NCBI GenBank assembly: GCA_964016885.1
Contig: OZ024742.1
Coordinates: 312,728,001 to 312,792,000, forward strand
Length of the DNA stretch: 64,000 nt
Direction: 5' to 3'
DNA from: Eledone cirrhosa
Taxonomy: Eukaryota
Positions within the stretch are counted from its first letter, which is position 1. Each line of letters starts with the position of its first letter. A program made the position numbers and the translations under genes. A model generated the notes under the pieces. The model made no database searches. It was not told the DNA's origin and was given only the letters and a program-made list of their open reading frames with translations. Shown here one piece after another: positions 51,387-64,000 of the stretch.

Positions 51387-53814
51387 TCAATTAAGGCCAA
51401 AAAGCAGGCTTGGAAAGTATGGCGGGATGGGGGAAGTAGAGAAGACTATCAAGTGGCCAGGAGGGAAGCTAGGAGACAAGTGTACTTCGCAAGAAGCGAA
51501 GCAGAGGAAAGAAAGTTCAAGCATGTTCTACAACGCGAGGACCAAAAACGTGAGATGTTCAGGATTGCTAGGCAATGTGTCAAGGAAAACCGTGATATTG
51601 TCAGGGAGAAGTGTGTACTTAATGATGATGGCGTACTTGCCATCACCGACGCTGATAAGAAGGTAGCTTGGAAGTGTCACTACGAAAGGCAACTAAATGA
51701 GGAGAATAAATGGGAGAAAGACAGTCTCCCCCACATCGACCCAATAGAGGGACCAGCAGTGTTAGTCGAGGGTAGTATAATAAGTAAGGCAATCAAAGAT
51801 ATGAAGACGGGTAAGGCAGCTGGGCCTTCGGAAATAGTTGCTGAGATGCTGAAGGCATCTGAAACGGTGGGACACACCATGGTCACCCGGATAGTAATCC
51901 AAGTTGTACAGAATGGGGTTGTTCCGAAGGACTGGCGTAGCAGCATCATCGTTAACTGTTATAAGGGTAAAGGAGACGCCCTAGATAGGAGTAACTATAG
52001 AGGCATTAAATTAATCGACCAGGTCATGAAGGTCACGGAAAAAGTAATAATAGCACAACTAATCAGAGAGAGAATTGATCTAGATGAAATGCAGTTCGGG
52101 TTTGTGTCAGGCAAAAGTACCACAGACGCTCTTTTCATTGTACAACAACTACAGGAGAAGTACCTAGCTAAAAGTAAACCCCTATACTTAGCTTTTGTCG
52201 ACTTGGAGAAAGCCTTCGACAGAGTCCCCCGTTCCATTATCTGGTGGGCTCTTAGAAAACTAGGTGTTGACGAATGGCTTGGGAGAGCTATACAAGCCAT
52301 GTATAAAGAAACAGTGAGCAAGGTTAGAATTAACAACGAATATAGTGAAGAGTTTAGCGTAAAAGTTGGTGTCCATCAGGGCTCTGTTCTTAGCCCCCTA
52401 CTATTTATTATTGCCCTTCTGGCTATAACAGAGGAGTTCAAGACCGGCTGCCCATGGGAACTCCTATACGCAGATGATCTAACGCTCATAGCTGAATCAA
52501 TGGCCGAGCTAGAGAAGAAATTCCAAACATGGAAGCACGGCCTAGAATCAAAAGGCCTTAAAATTAACCTGGCTAAGACTAAAGTTCTAGTTTGTAAGAA
52601 AGAAAATAAGGCGGCGGTCCCTTCCGGGAAGTGGCCATGCTCAGTGTGTAGGAAAGGCGTAGGTAGAAACTCCATTTTATGTCCCAAATGCAAAGTATGG
52701 ATGCATAAAAGATGTAGTGGGATCACAGGTAAGCTAACTAAGAACATAGATTTTACATGTGGCCGGTGCTCTGGTGCAATAAGTAGCAGCAAGTGCCCAC
52801 AAAATACTAGCTCTTTCAATTGCGCAGAGGGTTCTATAGAAATAGTGGACAGCTTCCGTTACCTGGGTGACAAAATCAGCAGTGGGGGAGGGTGCTCTGA
52901 AAGTACAGTAGCTAGAGTCAGAACTGGATGGAAAAAGTTCAGAGAGCTTATACCACTATTAGCCACTAAAGGGTTCTCCCTAAAAATGAAAGGCAGGTTG
53001 TATGATGCCTGCATATGAACAGCAATGTTGCATGGCAGTGAGACCTGGGCATTGTGTGCAGAGGATATACGCAGACTAGAGAGGAACGAAGCTTGCATGA
53101 TCCGCTGGATGTGTAATAGTAACATACGTGAACGGCAAAGCATAAACGAACTCAGGAAAAAATTAGAAATAAGAGGGATCAGATGTTGTTTACTCGAGAG
53201 AAGGCTATGTTGGTATGGTCATGTGATGTGCATGAAAGACGACAGCTGTATAACAAAGTGCAGGGCAATAAAGATAGACGGTAGCCATGGAGTAGGCAGA
53301 CCCAGAAAAACCTGGGACGAGCTGATAAATTCCGACCTCACACACTTACACCTCTCCAAGACAATGTCACTGGACCGAGACCTTTGGCGGTACTCAGTAA
53401 TAGAGAAGACCCGCCTTACCTAAATACAAAGTAAAACCTACTACAGTCAGTAGGCATCTCTAACAAAATACACCCCTTCCCACCTCCCCCACCACATCCA
53501 CACCGCCCGTTTCAATGTAAAGTTATGTTGGTCCCACAACATCCAGGCCGAAACAAATGAGATCGTGTAGGTGTCACGACAAAAAAACACACAGTCCACG
53601 CTGTAATGTGGCCGTGTAGGCAACACGGTAAAAACCTCCCAGCCCCACACTGTAAATGTGGTTGGTGTTAGGAAGGTCATCTAGCTGTAGAAAACCCGCT
53701 AGACAGTCCTATGTGAGCAATGACAACCACTCTTGCCTCAAGTGGGAAAAATCCCGTCCAAACCCATGCAAGCGTGGAACATGGACGTTAAACGATGATG
53801 ATGATGATGATGAT
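51387..53814 (+). mobile_element. Young RTE LINE, 5'-truncated, one premature stop
   Basis: ORFs 51453-53018 (521 aa) and 53025-53423 are in frame, split by TGA where the 21-kb copy has CGA; (GAT)n tail. Confidence 0.95.
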
Positions 53815-53991
53815 TACTATGACAACACCGCATTCAAAATTAAAGTCTTTATTTTAGTTTATAGCAAATTTTTACAGTAATGTGTCCAATAGTAAAGTTA
53901 TTATAAACATTTGAATTGATTAACTCGTTTTTAGATATTTTCTTCTAAATCATTACAGAATGTTAAAAGTTAATCTAATGTGACTACAGCA

Positions 53992-54177
53992 TTAAATCCT
54001 AATCTTTTCTTTCATTTGTGTGTATTGAACACTGTCTAGTTTATTGATTCGAAAGTATTTGTAAGTCTGTGTTTGGTCTAATTCTCTTATCTTAATTTCT
54101 TTATCTGGGATGATAGTAGAGTTTTTAATTAATTTTCCTCTCTTCAAAGTTGCCTTGGTGCAGTCTTTAAAGTCCAT
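53992..54177 (-). pseudogene. R4/Dong-like LINE RT C-terminal fragment
   Basis: CTKATLKRGKL...IRELDQTQTYKYFRI matches the KCA..L.RGK...YKYLGI pattern. Confidence 0.6.
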
Positions 54178-54976
54178 ATCACAAGTTAATTTCTCTAGTA
54201 AATCTTATTTGTTTATTGGTGACAGTTTCACAACTGTTAAGAAATTACAAATCTACTGAGTAAGAAAATGGCAGAAAAATTGATATCATCATCATCGTCA
54301 TCATTGTAGCAAGCAATGGCACTATTTTATTGCTGCGGAGTAATTTGGGCATGTTTTGTCACTCGCCAGCACTTAGGGTTGGTGGCGTATGAATACAAAA
54401 GACGACTTCCACCCACCAGTTGCTTTGTGCTTTTTTTCAGCTCTAGCTAGCAGTTGCACTTTGCATTTCGTCAATACCAGCACTTCACAAATGGCTTTCC
54501 TGGTTGATGCACCATCTTTCAAAACTACCCACCAGTTGCGTTTTGGAGTCGTCGACTAGCAACTCATAATGGCTTCTCTACTCCTGCGACTTTGCTCTCT
54601 AACAATGAGAGTAGTTTCATTATGTGGCTTTTAGGAGATTTACAATAACCAACAACTTGGTTCCAAAGTACTTGTCTTTAAGAGATTTGCCATTACATGT
54701 CAGCTTTGTTACATAAAATCTCTGTACCACTTCACACCCTTTGTACATGCATTCACATTAAGCAAAAATAAATCTTTATTTTGTTTAACTATACCTTCTG
54801 ATCTTTTCCACTACCATGGAATATGAACATCATTATTACATCCCCATTTTCCTGAAGTAGTAATCGCTACTAGCATATCAGTCCCACATCGAATTGCTAC
54901 CTTTATGAGTTGTACCGTTGTGAATCTCTCTTGAACGCCTTTCTGCTACCATTACAACCAAAGTACTTATTCCTGA

Positions 54977-55682
54977 ATCATCATCATCATCATAGTTTTA
55001 TTGCCTGCTTTTTCCATGCTTGCATGGGTTGGACTGGTCCTTCTCAACACAACATCTCTCTACTTGTCACCTTCCTTCATCATCTCCTCTGTCAGTTTTA
55101 GCAATTTTAGGTCAGCGCTCACAACCTCTGCCCAGGACTTTCTTGGTCATCCTCTACTGCGGCTTCCTCCACTGGGATTTCCTGGCATTTCACCCACCAG
55201 TCATTGTCCATGTGCATCACATGTCCATACAAATGAAATATTTTCTCCTGTACACCATTTCGGATTTCCCACAGTTGCTTCATTTTTCTCCCATCTACGC
55301 ATGTCCTCTGCAGTCACAGCTCATGTTTCACTACCATGCAGCATCGCGCACTTCATACAGGTGTCATACAGCCTTTCTTTTGTATGTAGGGAGAAACCTT
55401 TTGTTGTCAACAGTGGAAATAGTTCTCTAAACTTCTTCCATCCTATCCTTATTCTAGCTATTATACTCTCGGTGCATCCTATTTTGCTGCTAATTAGTTC
55501 ACCTAGATAGTAGAAGCTATCAATCACGTCTATGGATCCTTTTCGTGACTGGAAAAGGTTTATATCATTAGCATTCATCCTCTCGATTTCTCCTTTGCAT
55601 CTTCTACATTCAAAGTCCTCCATTCCTGTTAGTCTACTCGTTATCCCACTATATCTTTTGTGTACCCAAGATTTACATTGTA
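54977..55682 (-). pseudogene. Old RTE LINE 3' fragment
   Basis: CKSWVHKRYSGIT..FECRRC..DSFYYLG..GWKKFREL..AMLHGSET; (CAT)n tail at 54977. Confidence 0.88.
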
Positions 55683-55751
55683 TAATAGCAAAGTATATAA
55701 AAAAAAAACAACAGCAACATAATCTTATACTGAAATATAACTTATGGAATA

Positions 55752-56969
55752 CTAGCAGTGTATCCCGGCATTGCACGGGTAAGAACATTGGTAATAGCAC
55801 CTCCAATGAGAAACGTTTATTTGTGAGTGCCTGTTAAAAACTCACGAAAATATACCGACAGGAAACTTGTTTTATTCGGAAAAAATTAAGAAATTGCAAG
55901 TACAGTTTAGCTGTCTACGTGCATTGTTCATAGAAATATTGTTGAGCCCCTTCTTTTCATACGCCTCTGTTTTGGCCCTTTGGAGTAAATGTGAAAGAGA
56001 AAGTCACAGATTAAGTTGGCAGAAGGTTCCAGTGTCATAGCAATAAGGTGTAGGCTACTTACCTAAAAAGTTAATTCGCACTCTTTCCACTAAGATACAC
56101 ATGTCCGCTTTGTACGGCTTTTGGAGGAAGGAGTGACCAGCAGAACGTTGTTCGGTATTATTACGAAAAGGTGTAGCAGAGAATCCCTCGTGAACTAACA
56201 GCTCGGGAGGAAACTGCTTACCTCGAACATTCATTCGCCATCGTTCTTATCAATGCTCCGTTTAGTTGGTATTTGTTGGTCTACAGTTAGATGAATGGCG
56301 CACAAAGGATTAATGTTTATTGGCTAGAAGTGCAACTGGGCTGGCTTGCCTCACTTATATTATATATTAAAATAACAGATTAAAGTTTAAGCAAAGAATC
56401 GCTGCTTAACGGGATCTTCTGAAACTAAAAAAATCAATCTGTGAACTCAGAAGTAAATATTTCGAAAAACGTTGCAACCGAAGGAAAACAGGAAGGCGAT
56501 ACTTTGGTTCGTGAAGACGTTCTTTGGCAATGAATGGAAAAAAGCGAACATAATATGTCATCAATGTTTGTCAGAATGTCGTAATGCAGACAGCCAGGCA
56601 TACAGACAGATATTATAAGTGCGCAGCGGAGATGGATAACCGGTGCCTAACATCCCTTTAACAACAGAAAATTGAATAATAAAAGCTGCAGTTAATATCT
56701 TTAGACCGCAAGGAATATATAAATGCAAGTTTGAAGTCAATCGGAGTAGAAATGTGGATTTGTATAGACTTTGCAAAAATGAGGAAACACACACACACAC
56801 ACAGACAACATCAGTTTTATATATATAGATGTATGTTTGAGCTGAGGGAATACACATGTAATATCAAACATTCTCTCTCACACACCACACACACTCTCTC
56901 TCACTCACACACACACACAAACACACACACACACAGACAACTACAGTTTTATATATATATATATATAGA
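55752..56969 (-). mobile_element. Non-autonomous Helitron with duplicated 5' end
   Basis: 3' hairpin cccgtgcaatgccggg + CTAG|T at 55752. A|TCTATATATAT-AAAACTG 5' motifs at 56829 and 56969. Confidence 0.8.
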
Positions 56970-57189
56970 TGTATAGATACTCCAAGAACTTAGTAGTATA
57001 GTATAGGTATCAAATAGATTGCAGTCTAAACATATTTAATGTTCTTATTAGAGTATATCTAACCCCTGATGCCATAGTGTCAAAAATAAACAGATTTAGG
57101 TGTATTATCCCCATTGAAAGGTCTGGTATAAAAGGTTTCTCTCTTGATAGGATCAGTTTGTGTCGTGTTAATATAGCTAAGGATTTTAA

Positions 57190-57282
57190 ACCTTTAGTAT
57201 TTACATTACTCTCTATGGCTGGTTTGAACAGAAAGAGGTGAGAGAATTCTGGCTGGATACAGCTGGTTTAAATGCTAAAGGG
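57190..57282 (+). mobile_element. Internally deleted piggyBac-type MITE
   Basis: Left TIR joined directly to the right third of the consensus. Confidence 0.7.
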
Positions 57283-58699
57283 TTAAGTAAAAGAGGAGTA
57301 GAATATTTTTTTCCTTTTTCGGGTATGTTTATTGCAGGTTTTATGTGTTTTGTTGTGGAGGGTATGTTTAGTGTCTGCATTAATTTTTTGTATTCTGTCT
57401 ATACTATCTAGTTTGTTAGTATAATAGGAATGATATAATGTTAACACATTAGTTTTAGATAATTAATTAATTGTGTTAAACATTGTGTTTTTGTAGTTAA
57501 GTAGTTGTAATTCATGAGGTTTGTTTGGGTTTGTATTTGTTACCTTTATTTCTATGTTGGGTGTGGCTATGAGTAATTAGATTTTAAATATATCAATAGC
57601 GTTAGTTTGAAATCTTTTAAAACATTATTAATACACTTGCACAACATGAAATATTTCACTGCAAGACTATATATATATTTTAGATAGAAAAATATGTTTC
57701 AGTATACCAAATTTTCCCATTTTCATGCTGTATTGTAAATGTTAGTGGTTTAATAAAATCAGAAAACATTAGAACGATAAAATAAATCTAAGTAATATAT
57801 AGGTGTTGATTTTGTGGACCCTAACATTTTTTTACAAAAATTCACCCCATATCTGATGGGAAAAAAAAAAATGAAGCTGATAATGCTATAAACAGAAAAA
57901 AAAGAAGAAAAGTTAAAGTTATCAAAAGAGGTAAATCATATTTTTGTTACTTTAAGAGCAATGCAATGTAGCAAAGTTTCTGTAAGTGAAATTTTCCAAA
58001 CTAGCAATTTGAACTCTTTCAGAAATAAATTGAATAAAAGAAGATAATTTCTCATGGGTTTTAGATAAATAGCAATCATAAAATTATAAAATATCAAGAA
58101 TAAAAAAAAGAAAAGAAATAAATACTCAATAAATATTTAGTAATTGATTGTCAGTAATTTTGAAACATAGTGTTCCTAAAATTTATGACAAAGGCTTACA
58201 ACTGTCTTTTGTCTGTATTTTTATTTGATTTATAAATAAATAGTTTCTCTTTTCATTTTAACTCAGTGATAATTGCTGCTTCTTTTACAATTTCAATATC
58301 ATTATCAATCTCTATGAAAGATATTTGAGGTTAAGGTGTCTGCATAGTTCTTTGTTATATGGTATCAAAATTTCAATTTGCAGTGTCAGAATTTCAAAGA
58401 ATATTATTGGCTTTTGTTTATTGTATACTGTATTGCAAGCAAGAGAGCTAACCTCTGACTTATTAGGTCACAAGAGTAAAGCATCAGAAGCTAAGTCTGA
58501 CACCAACTAACCCACACTTTAATTTAGTGATAGTTCAGTCCTCAGAGGGTATAGATAAAATATATGTGTTTGGGTATTCAATACAATGAAAAAATATGTG
58601 AAAAAAAAAGCAGTTATTTGAAGCTATTTACCACTACCAAGACCAATACTTCTAGCACTACCATTAGCACCACCAATACCATCATAGCCCTCCCTTTTC

Positions 58700-59645
58700 T
58701 CATAACTACCATAATATTCTCTATATCTCATAACTACCATACTATTCTCTATGTCTCATAACTATCATGGTACTCTATATGTCTCATAACTACCATACTA
58801 TTCTCTATGTCTCATACTACCATACTATTCTCTATGTCTCATAACTACCATACTATTCTCTATGTCTCATAACTACCATACTATTCTCTATGTCTCATAA
58901 CTATCATACTATACTCTATGTCTCATAACTACCATACTATTCTCTATGTCTCATACTACCATACTATTCTCTATGTCTCATAACTACCATACTATTCTCT
59001 ATGTCTCATAACTACCATAGTATTCTCTATGTCTCATAACTACCATACTATTCTCTGTCTCATAACTACCATGGTACTCTCTATGTCTCATACTACCATA
59101 CTATTCTCTATGTCTCATACTACCATAGTATTCTCTATGTCTCTTAGCTACCATACTATTCTCTGTCTCATAACTACCATACTATTCTCTATGTCTCATA
59201 CTACCATACTATTCTCTATGTCTCATAACTACCATACTATTCTCTATATCTCATAACTACCATAGTATTCTCTATGTCTCATACTACCATACTATTCTCT
59301 ATGTCTCATAACTACCATACTATTTTCTATATCTCATAACTACCATACTATTTTCTATATCTCATAACTACCATAGTATTCTCTATGTCTCATAACTATC
59401 ATGGTACTCTCTATGTCTCATAACTACCATACTATTCTCTATGTCTCATAACTACCATACTATTCTCTATGTCTCATACTACCATACTATTCTCTATGTC
59501 TCATACTACCATAGTATTCTCTATGTCTCTTAGCTACCATACTATTCTCTATCTCATAACTACCATACTATTCTCTATGTCTTATAACTACCATAGTATT
59601 CTCTATGTCTCATCATACCATAATATTCTATATGTCTTATAACTA
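58700..59645. repeat. 28-bp satellite/minisatellite (~33 units)
   Basis: Unit tctcataactaccatactattctctatg with 26-27-bp variants. Confidence 0.95.
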
Positions 59646-60001
59646 TGTCCCAGCTTGTATTGGTGACAGGTACCATTGTGTGTTGTACTAGGTCTGTTGA
59701 CATATTTCATATTTCAGAATGCTTTTTGCAATGTTGTTTTGATTAAATGTTTCACTGGGGAATTTTATATTTCAAAGTTCTTCTGATATAACAGTATAGG
59801 TTTGCTGTGTTTATCATGACACTAGCAATAAAGGATTTTTTTTAAAAACGATTAGCCCAGGGTCTTCTCTGTCTATATCAGTTGGAGATATTTTGAGCAA
59901 AATGAAGTAAAACAAAAGGGATCTAGTAGAATTATCATAAACATGAATTTTCTTTCTTGATTGATACTTTTCTCACCCCATAATGGTTGAAGCTTTTTTG
60001 A

Positions 60002-60412
60002 ACACTGTAAAGTGGTCGTGTAGGTGTCATGGTAAAAGGTTCCCAGCCCACACTGTTAAGTGGTTGCATAAGTGTCACGGCAAAAAACACCCAGTCCACA
60101 CAGTGTATTGGTCGTGTAGGAGTCATGGCAAAAAGCGCCCAGCCCACACTGTAAAGTGGTTGCATAGGTGTCATGACAGAAAGCGGCCAGTCCACACTGT
60201 AAAGTGGTCATGTATGTGTCACAACAAAAAAGCACCCAGTATTCACTGTAAATGAGGTTGGCACTAGGAAATGCATCCAGCTGTAGAAACCAAGTAATAT
60301 TTGGTTCTGTATGAGCCTGACATGATCACCTGACCTAGCATTGCTCACAACAGGATAACTCATCTAACCCATGCTAGTGTGGAAAAATGGACGTTAAACA
60401 GTGATGATGATG
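60002..60412 (+). mobile_element. RTE-type 3'UTR with expanded ~48-bp internal repeats
   Basis: About five units of cacactgtaaagtggtcgtgtaggtgtcatggcaaaaagcacccag, then the standard tail and (gat)n. Confidence 0.8.
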
Positions 60413-61073
60413 TGAAAGAGATCAGGTGAGGTTTGTAAACTGATTGATAGGAAGTCACTCACCTGACATGTTGGTCATAAGTATGCTATTTCCTCTATTT
60501 GTCATATCACTATGACAGAGGCCTCTGTTACAGGAATATAACTGATTTTGTTTCCCTTTTATAGTTGTATGCAACCATGTCACACCATGTCATGCTTGAT
60601 CCTATTGAGAATTACGATAATGACATATGTGTCTATGGAATATTCAGCCACTTTGCATGATAATTCATTCAGTTGATCAAATAACTGTATGTTCATATCT
60701 TGTTCTTAACAAGAGATTCCATCATTGTAATTCTCAAACAAAATATAAGAGACTACATTTCAATACATTATATGTAGCATCTACTGTATATACGTATATT
60801 TTATTAATGGAATAATATCTTACAATAGTACAGTTTTTTCAATAGATCATATCTTGGCAAAGGTCAGACCAGTTATATTATCTTTCTAATATAACTGAAG
60901 AAGACTCCATAGAAATAGATGATAGCATGTTACTTAGGTAACCAAATTAGCAGTGAGGAAGGGTGTGCTGAAATCATAGTTGCCAGAATATGAATGTTGT
61001 GGGAAAAGTTTAGTGGACAATTAATTTTGGTGGCAACAAAAATATTTTATTCCTGAGTAAAAGGTAGATTATA

Positions 61074-61278
61074 TAATTATTTCTACTATAGACACAAGGC
61101 CAGCAATTTTGGGGGAGGGGAAGTCTATTAAATCGACCCCAGTGTATTACTGGTGCTTTATTTATCGACCTTGTAAAGATGAAAGGCAAAGCTAACCTTA
61201 GTGGGATTTGAACACAGACCATAACTCTATGCTGCAAAGCATGGTGTCTGATGCTCTACTGATTCTGCCAATCCACCA
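61074..61278 (-). mobile_element. tRNA-derived SINE (family A)
   Basis: Family A consensus on the minus strand. Confidence 0.8.
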
Positions 61279-61798
61279 ATTACATAATAGTGTGATAGAT
61301 AACAAGAGTGATAGATGGGCACTGAATGCAAGGGCTGTGCAATGGTTATAAAGAAATGAGGCTAGCATGCACTGCTGGATGTGTAATATAAGTATGCATG
61401 AATGAAGAAGCACAGATGAAGATAAAACTGGGTATGAGGGGAATCAGATGCAGTGTGCAAGAAATAGAATTGCACTGGTATGGATGCATGATGTGTATAA
61501 ATGATGATCATTGAGTGATAAGATGCCAGGTGTTCCAAGTAGAAGGTAGCTGCAAAAGAAGTAGACTGAGGTTAACCTAGACAGAAGTGGTGAAAGCTCA
61601 ACCTCACAATGGATATGATGAAGGAGTGTCACAAGTGAAGGAAAACTGTGCTGGAGAGGATATGTTCAAGCCATGCAAACATGGAAAATTGGACATAAAA
61701 ATGATGATAAGGATTTTTACTTAAATGTTTTCTGTATTTTATTCTCTTTTTCACCCTTAATATCACATCTTTCTATTACAATGCAATGTGACTTTTAA

Positions 61799-62019
61799 CC
61801 TTTTAGCATTCACATTACTCTATATTTAGTATTGTATTTTCAGAGAAAAGGCTTTACTTCACATAAATATCTCACATAATATCGAGTCTATGAGATTTTG
61901 ATAGTATTTATTTTGAGACCAATACCTTAAAGTTAGTATGAGGGGCCAGTTATGGCCAGTTTGAACAGAAAACAGTGAGAGAATTCTGGCCGGATATAGC
62001 CAGTTTAAATGTTAAAGGG
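61799..62019 (+). mobile_element. piggyBac-type MITE
   Basis: TTAA-flanked TIRs. Confidence 0.82.
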
Positions 62020-63898
62020 TTAATGAAAGTTTTCACTAGCAGTGACAGTATGGATAGGGGAAGATTTGTTGAGGGCTGGGGTTGAATGGGTATATGGAGA
62101 GAGTGGCTCATTCTCGCATTTGTCAATAACACACATATATATATATATATAAATATACATGAGCAAGACATGGTCATCTGACCTGACTTGTCAACCACAC
62201 AAAGGGACAACTCTTCTAACCCATGCTAGCATGGAAAAATGGACATTAAATGATGATAATATATATGTAGGTGGGGTGGGGGGGGGGTGTATGTGTGTGT
62301 GTGTTGAATAGGGTTTTCAAACCTCCTCAATGTTATTAAGAAAAACACAAATTTGTAAAATGACTTTGTTAAAAACATACAAATGGAATGAACCTCCATC
62401 AATTTCTACAATGAGTGTTTCTGTTGTTTGATCAACTGGGCAGTCTGCTTATTACATTAACATTAGATGAGCATTCCACAGACATGTGTACCCTTAATCC
62501 TTTACCATTCACATTACTCTATTTATACTAGCATAGCATAGTGTAGTATATTTATACTAGCATAGCTACCATTCCGAATAAATTGGTGTAGGGTGGAGAA
62601 GCCCCCTAAGTCCAGTAAAACGACTTCCCTAGTGCTGGTGGCATAAATTAAAGCACCCGGTCCATGCTGTAAAATGGTGGTAATGGTAGTAGCATTCGGC
62701 TATTAAAAACCTTGCCAAACTATGGGGTGGGGAGGGCACCTGAATCCAGTAAGACAACCTCTCTAGTGCTGGTGGCACAAATAAAAGCACCCAGTCCATG
62801 CTGTAAATTGGTGCTGGTGTTAGGAAGGGCATCCAACCAGTATATTAATGCCAAAACAATTATGAGCACATCAACAAATAAAATACTATTGTATTTTTCA
62901 CATAATATCAAATCTATGAGATTTTGATATTATTTGTTTTGAGAACAATACCTTAACATAAGTATGAGTGGCTGGTTATGGCTGGTTTGAACAGAAAGAG
63001 GTGTGAGAATTCTGTCCAGAATCTGCTGGTTTAAATGCTCAAGGGTTAATGTAATTGTCTGGGAGGATCAATGTGACACTAGTTGACTTGATCTGAGGAT
63101 ATGATAGATGACACCTGTTCTAGATGCCACATACTGAGATCAAACCTTAGATCTTACAGTTGTGAAGCAAACTTCTTACCATTTGGGTGATGCTGCATTC
63201 ACACAAAAATTAAAAAAATCAGATATGTCTAATATATATGATCAAATGAAAAGTGATGAAAAATTTCTCTTTTTTATTAAATATCTTAGTTGATAAGCTT
63301 TCTAGATTTAATATATTTAGTCTGAAATGTTTTAAATAGTTTTGCTGTACTGGGAATTCATCTGTTTACAATACATTGCAAAACAGATGGTCATATACAG
63401 ACCAGGTGTCTGACAAATACTGGACTTTTTTTTTTTTTTATAAGTAACTACATTGTTATGATGTACTTTGGAGATTCTAGAATACAATTACAAATTTTCT
63501 TTTTTTCTGAGACTGCCAAATAGGTAACAAATAAATAAACAACCATACATATGAAAGAAATAAAAAAAAATATGAAATATAGTAAAAAATATTGTATAAA
63601 TGATGTATATAGGGACTTTGGTGCAGTGATTCAAAGATTTGGCATGTTGTTTTGGAAATAAAAATTGTTGAGTTTTATCTCAGCTTAGGGATATATATAT
63701 ATTAAATATAAGTATGTATACGTACATACATATATGTATACAGACGTACAGTAGTATGTATATATATATATACATACATGCACACAGACATATATGTACA
63801 TATGGATTCACCGAACATTTATTATAATGCTCGGTGTGTTTGTAAACAAACATCCCGAATTAAGTCGTACAATGTCTAGCAACCATCGTTGCTCATTT

Positions 63899-63985
63899 GT
63901 TCAATACTGACAAAGGAACGCTGTACTAGTTTCAAGCTTATTAGCTATCGTCAGCAACGTATACCTTCCTGCCAGATGGTTGAAC
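63899..63985 (-). ncRNA. Type I hammerhead ribozyme with palindromic stem III and extended stem I
   Basis: ACGUUG-CUGACGA-UAGCU/AAUA/AGCUU-GAAA-CUAG-UA-CAGCGU (63960-63918). Outer pairings CUGGCAGGAAGG/CCUUUGUCAG and GUUCAA/UUGAAC. Confidence 0.8.
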
Positions 63986-64000
63986 GTCTGAAAGTATATA

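Noticed and set aside
58700-59645. Regular 28-bp repeats resembling a CRISPR array
   Set aside because: No unique spacers, no cas genes, eukaryotic context.

Overview
This is AT-rich, microsatellite-dense eukaryotic DNA, probably intronic or intergenic. The repeat repertoire (RTE LINEs with (GAT)n tails, two tRNA-derived SINE families, long (TA)n/(CAT)n tracts) suggests a coleoid cephalopod such as Octopus; that assignment is inference. No intact, recognisable host gene is present. The long ORFs are fragments of young RTE-clade retrotransposons whose reverse transcriptase ORF carries an embedded C4HC3 PHD-type finger. Also present are R4/Dong-like and CR1/L2-like LINE relics, three Helitron derivatives (one keeps the PIF1 helicase C-terminus), a very abundant ~220-bp TTAA-flanked piggyBac-type MITE, hAT-like MITEs and a 28-bp satellite. 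The most interesting signal is missed by the ORF track: several small non-coding elements carry type I hammerhead ribozyme folds. These include a 320-bp tandem-plus-inverted unit with a U3-A8 core variant (4528-5335), further folds at 63899-63985 and 24113-24148, and palindromes built from half-hammerheads. Together they look like a retrozyme or Penelope-pLTR-like system sitting in TA microsatellites. A possible minus-strand multi-exon gene with Kazal-like and C2H2-like motifs at ~23.4-29.6 kb is reported only as a hypothesis. All pairings and alignments were done by eye.
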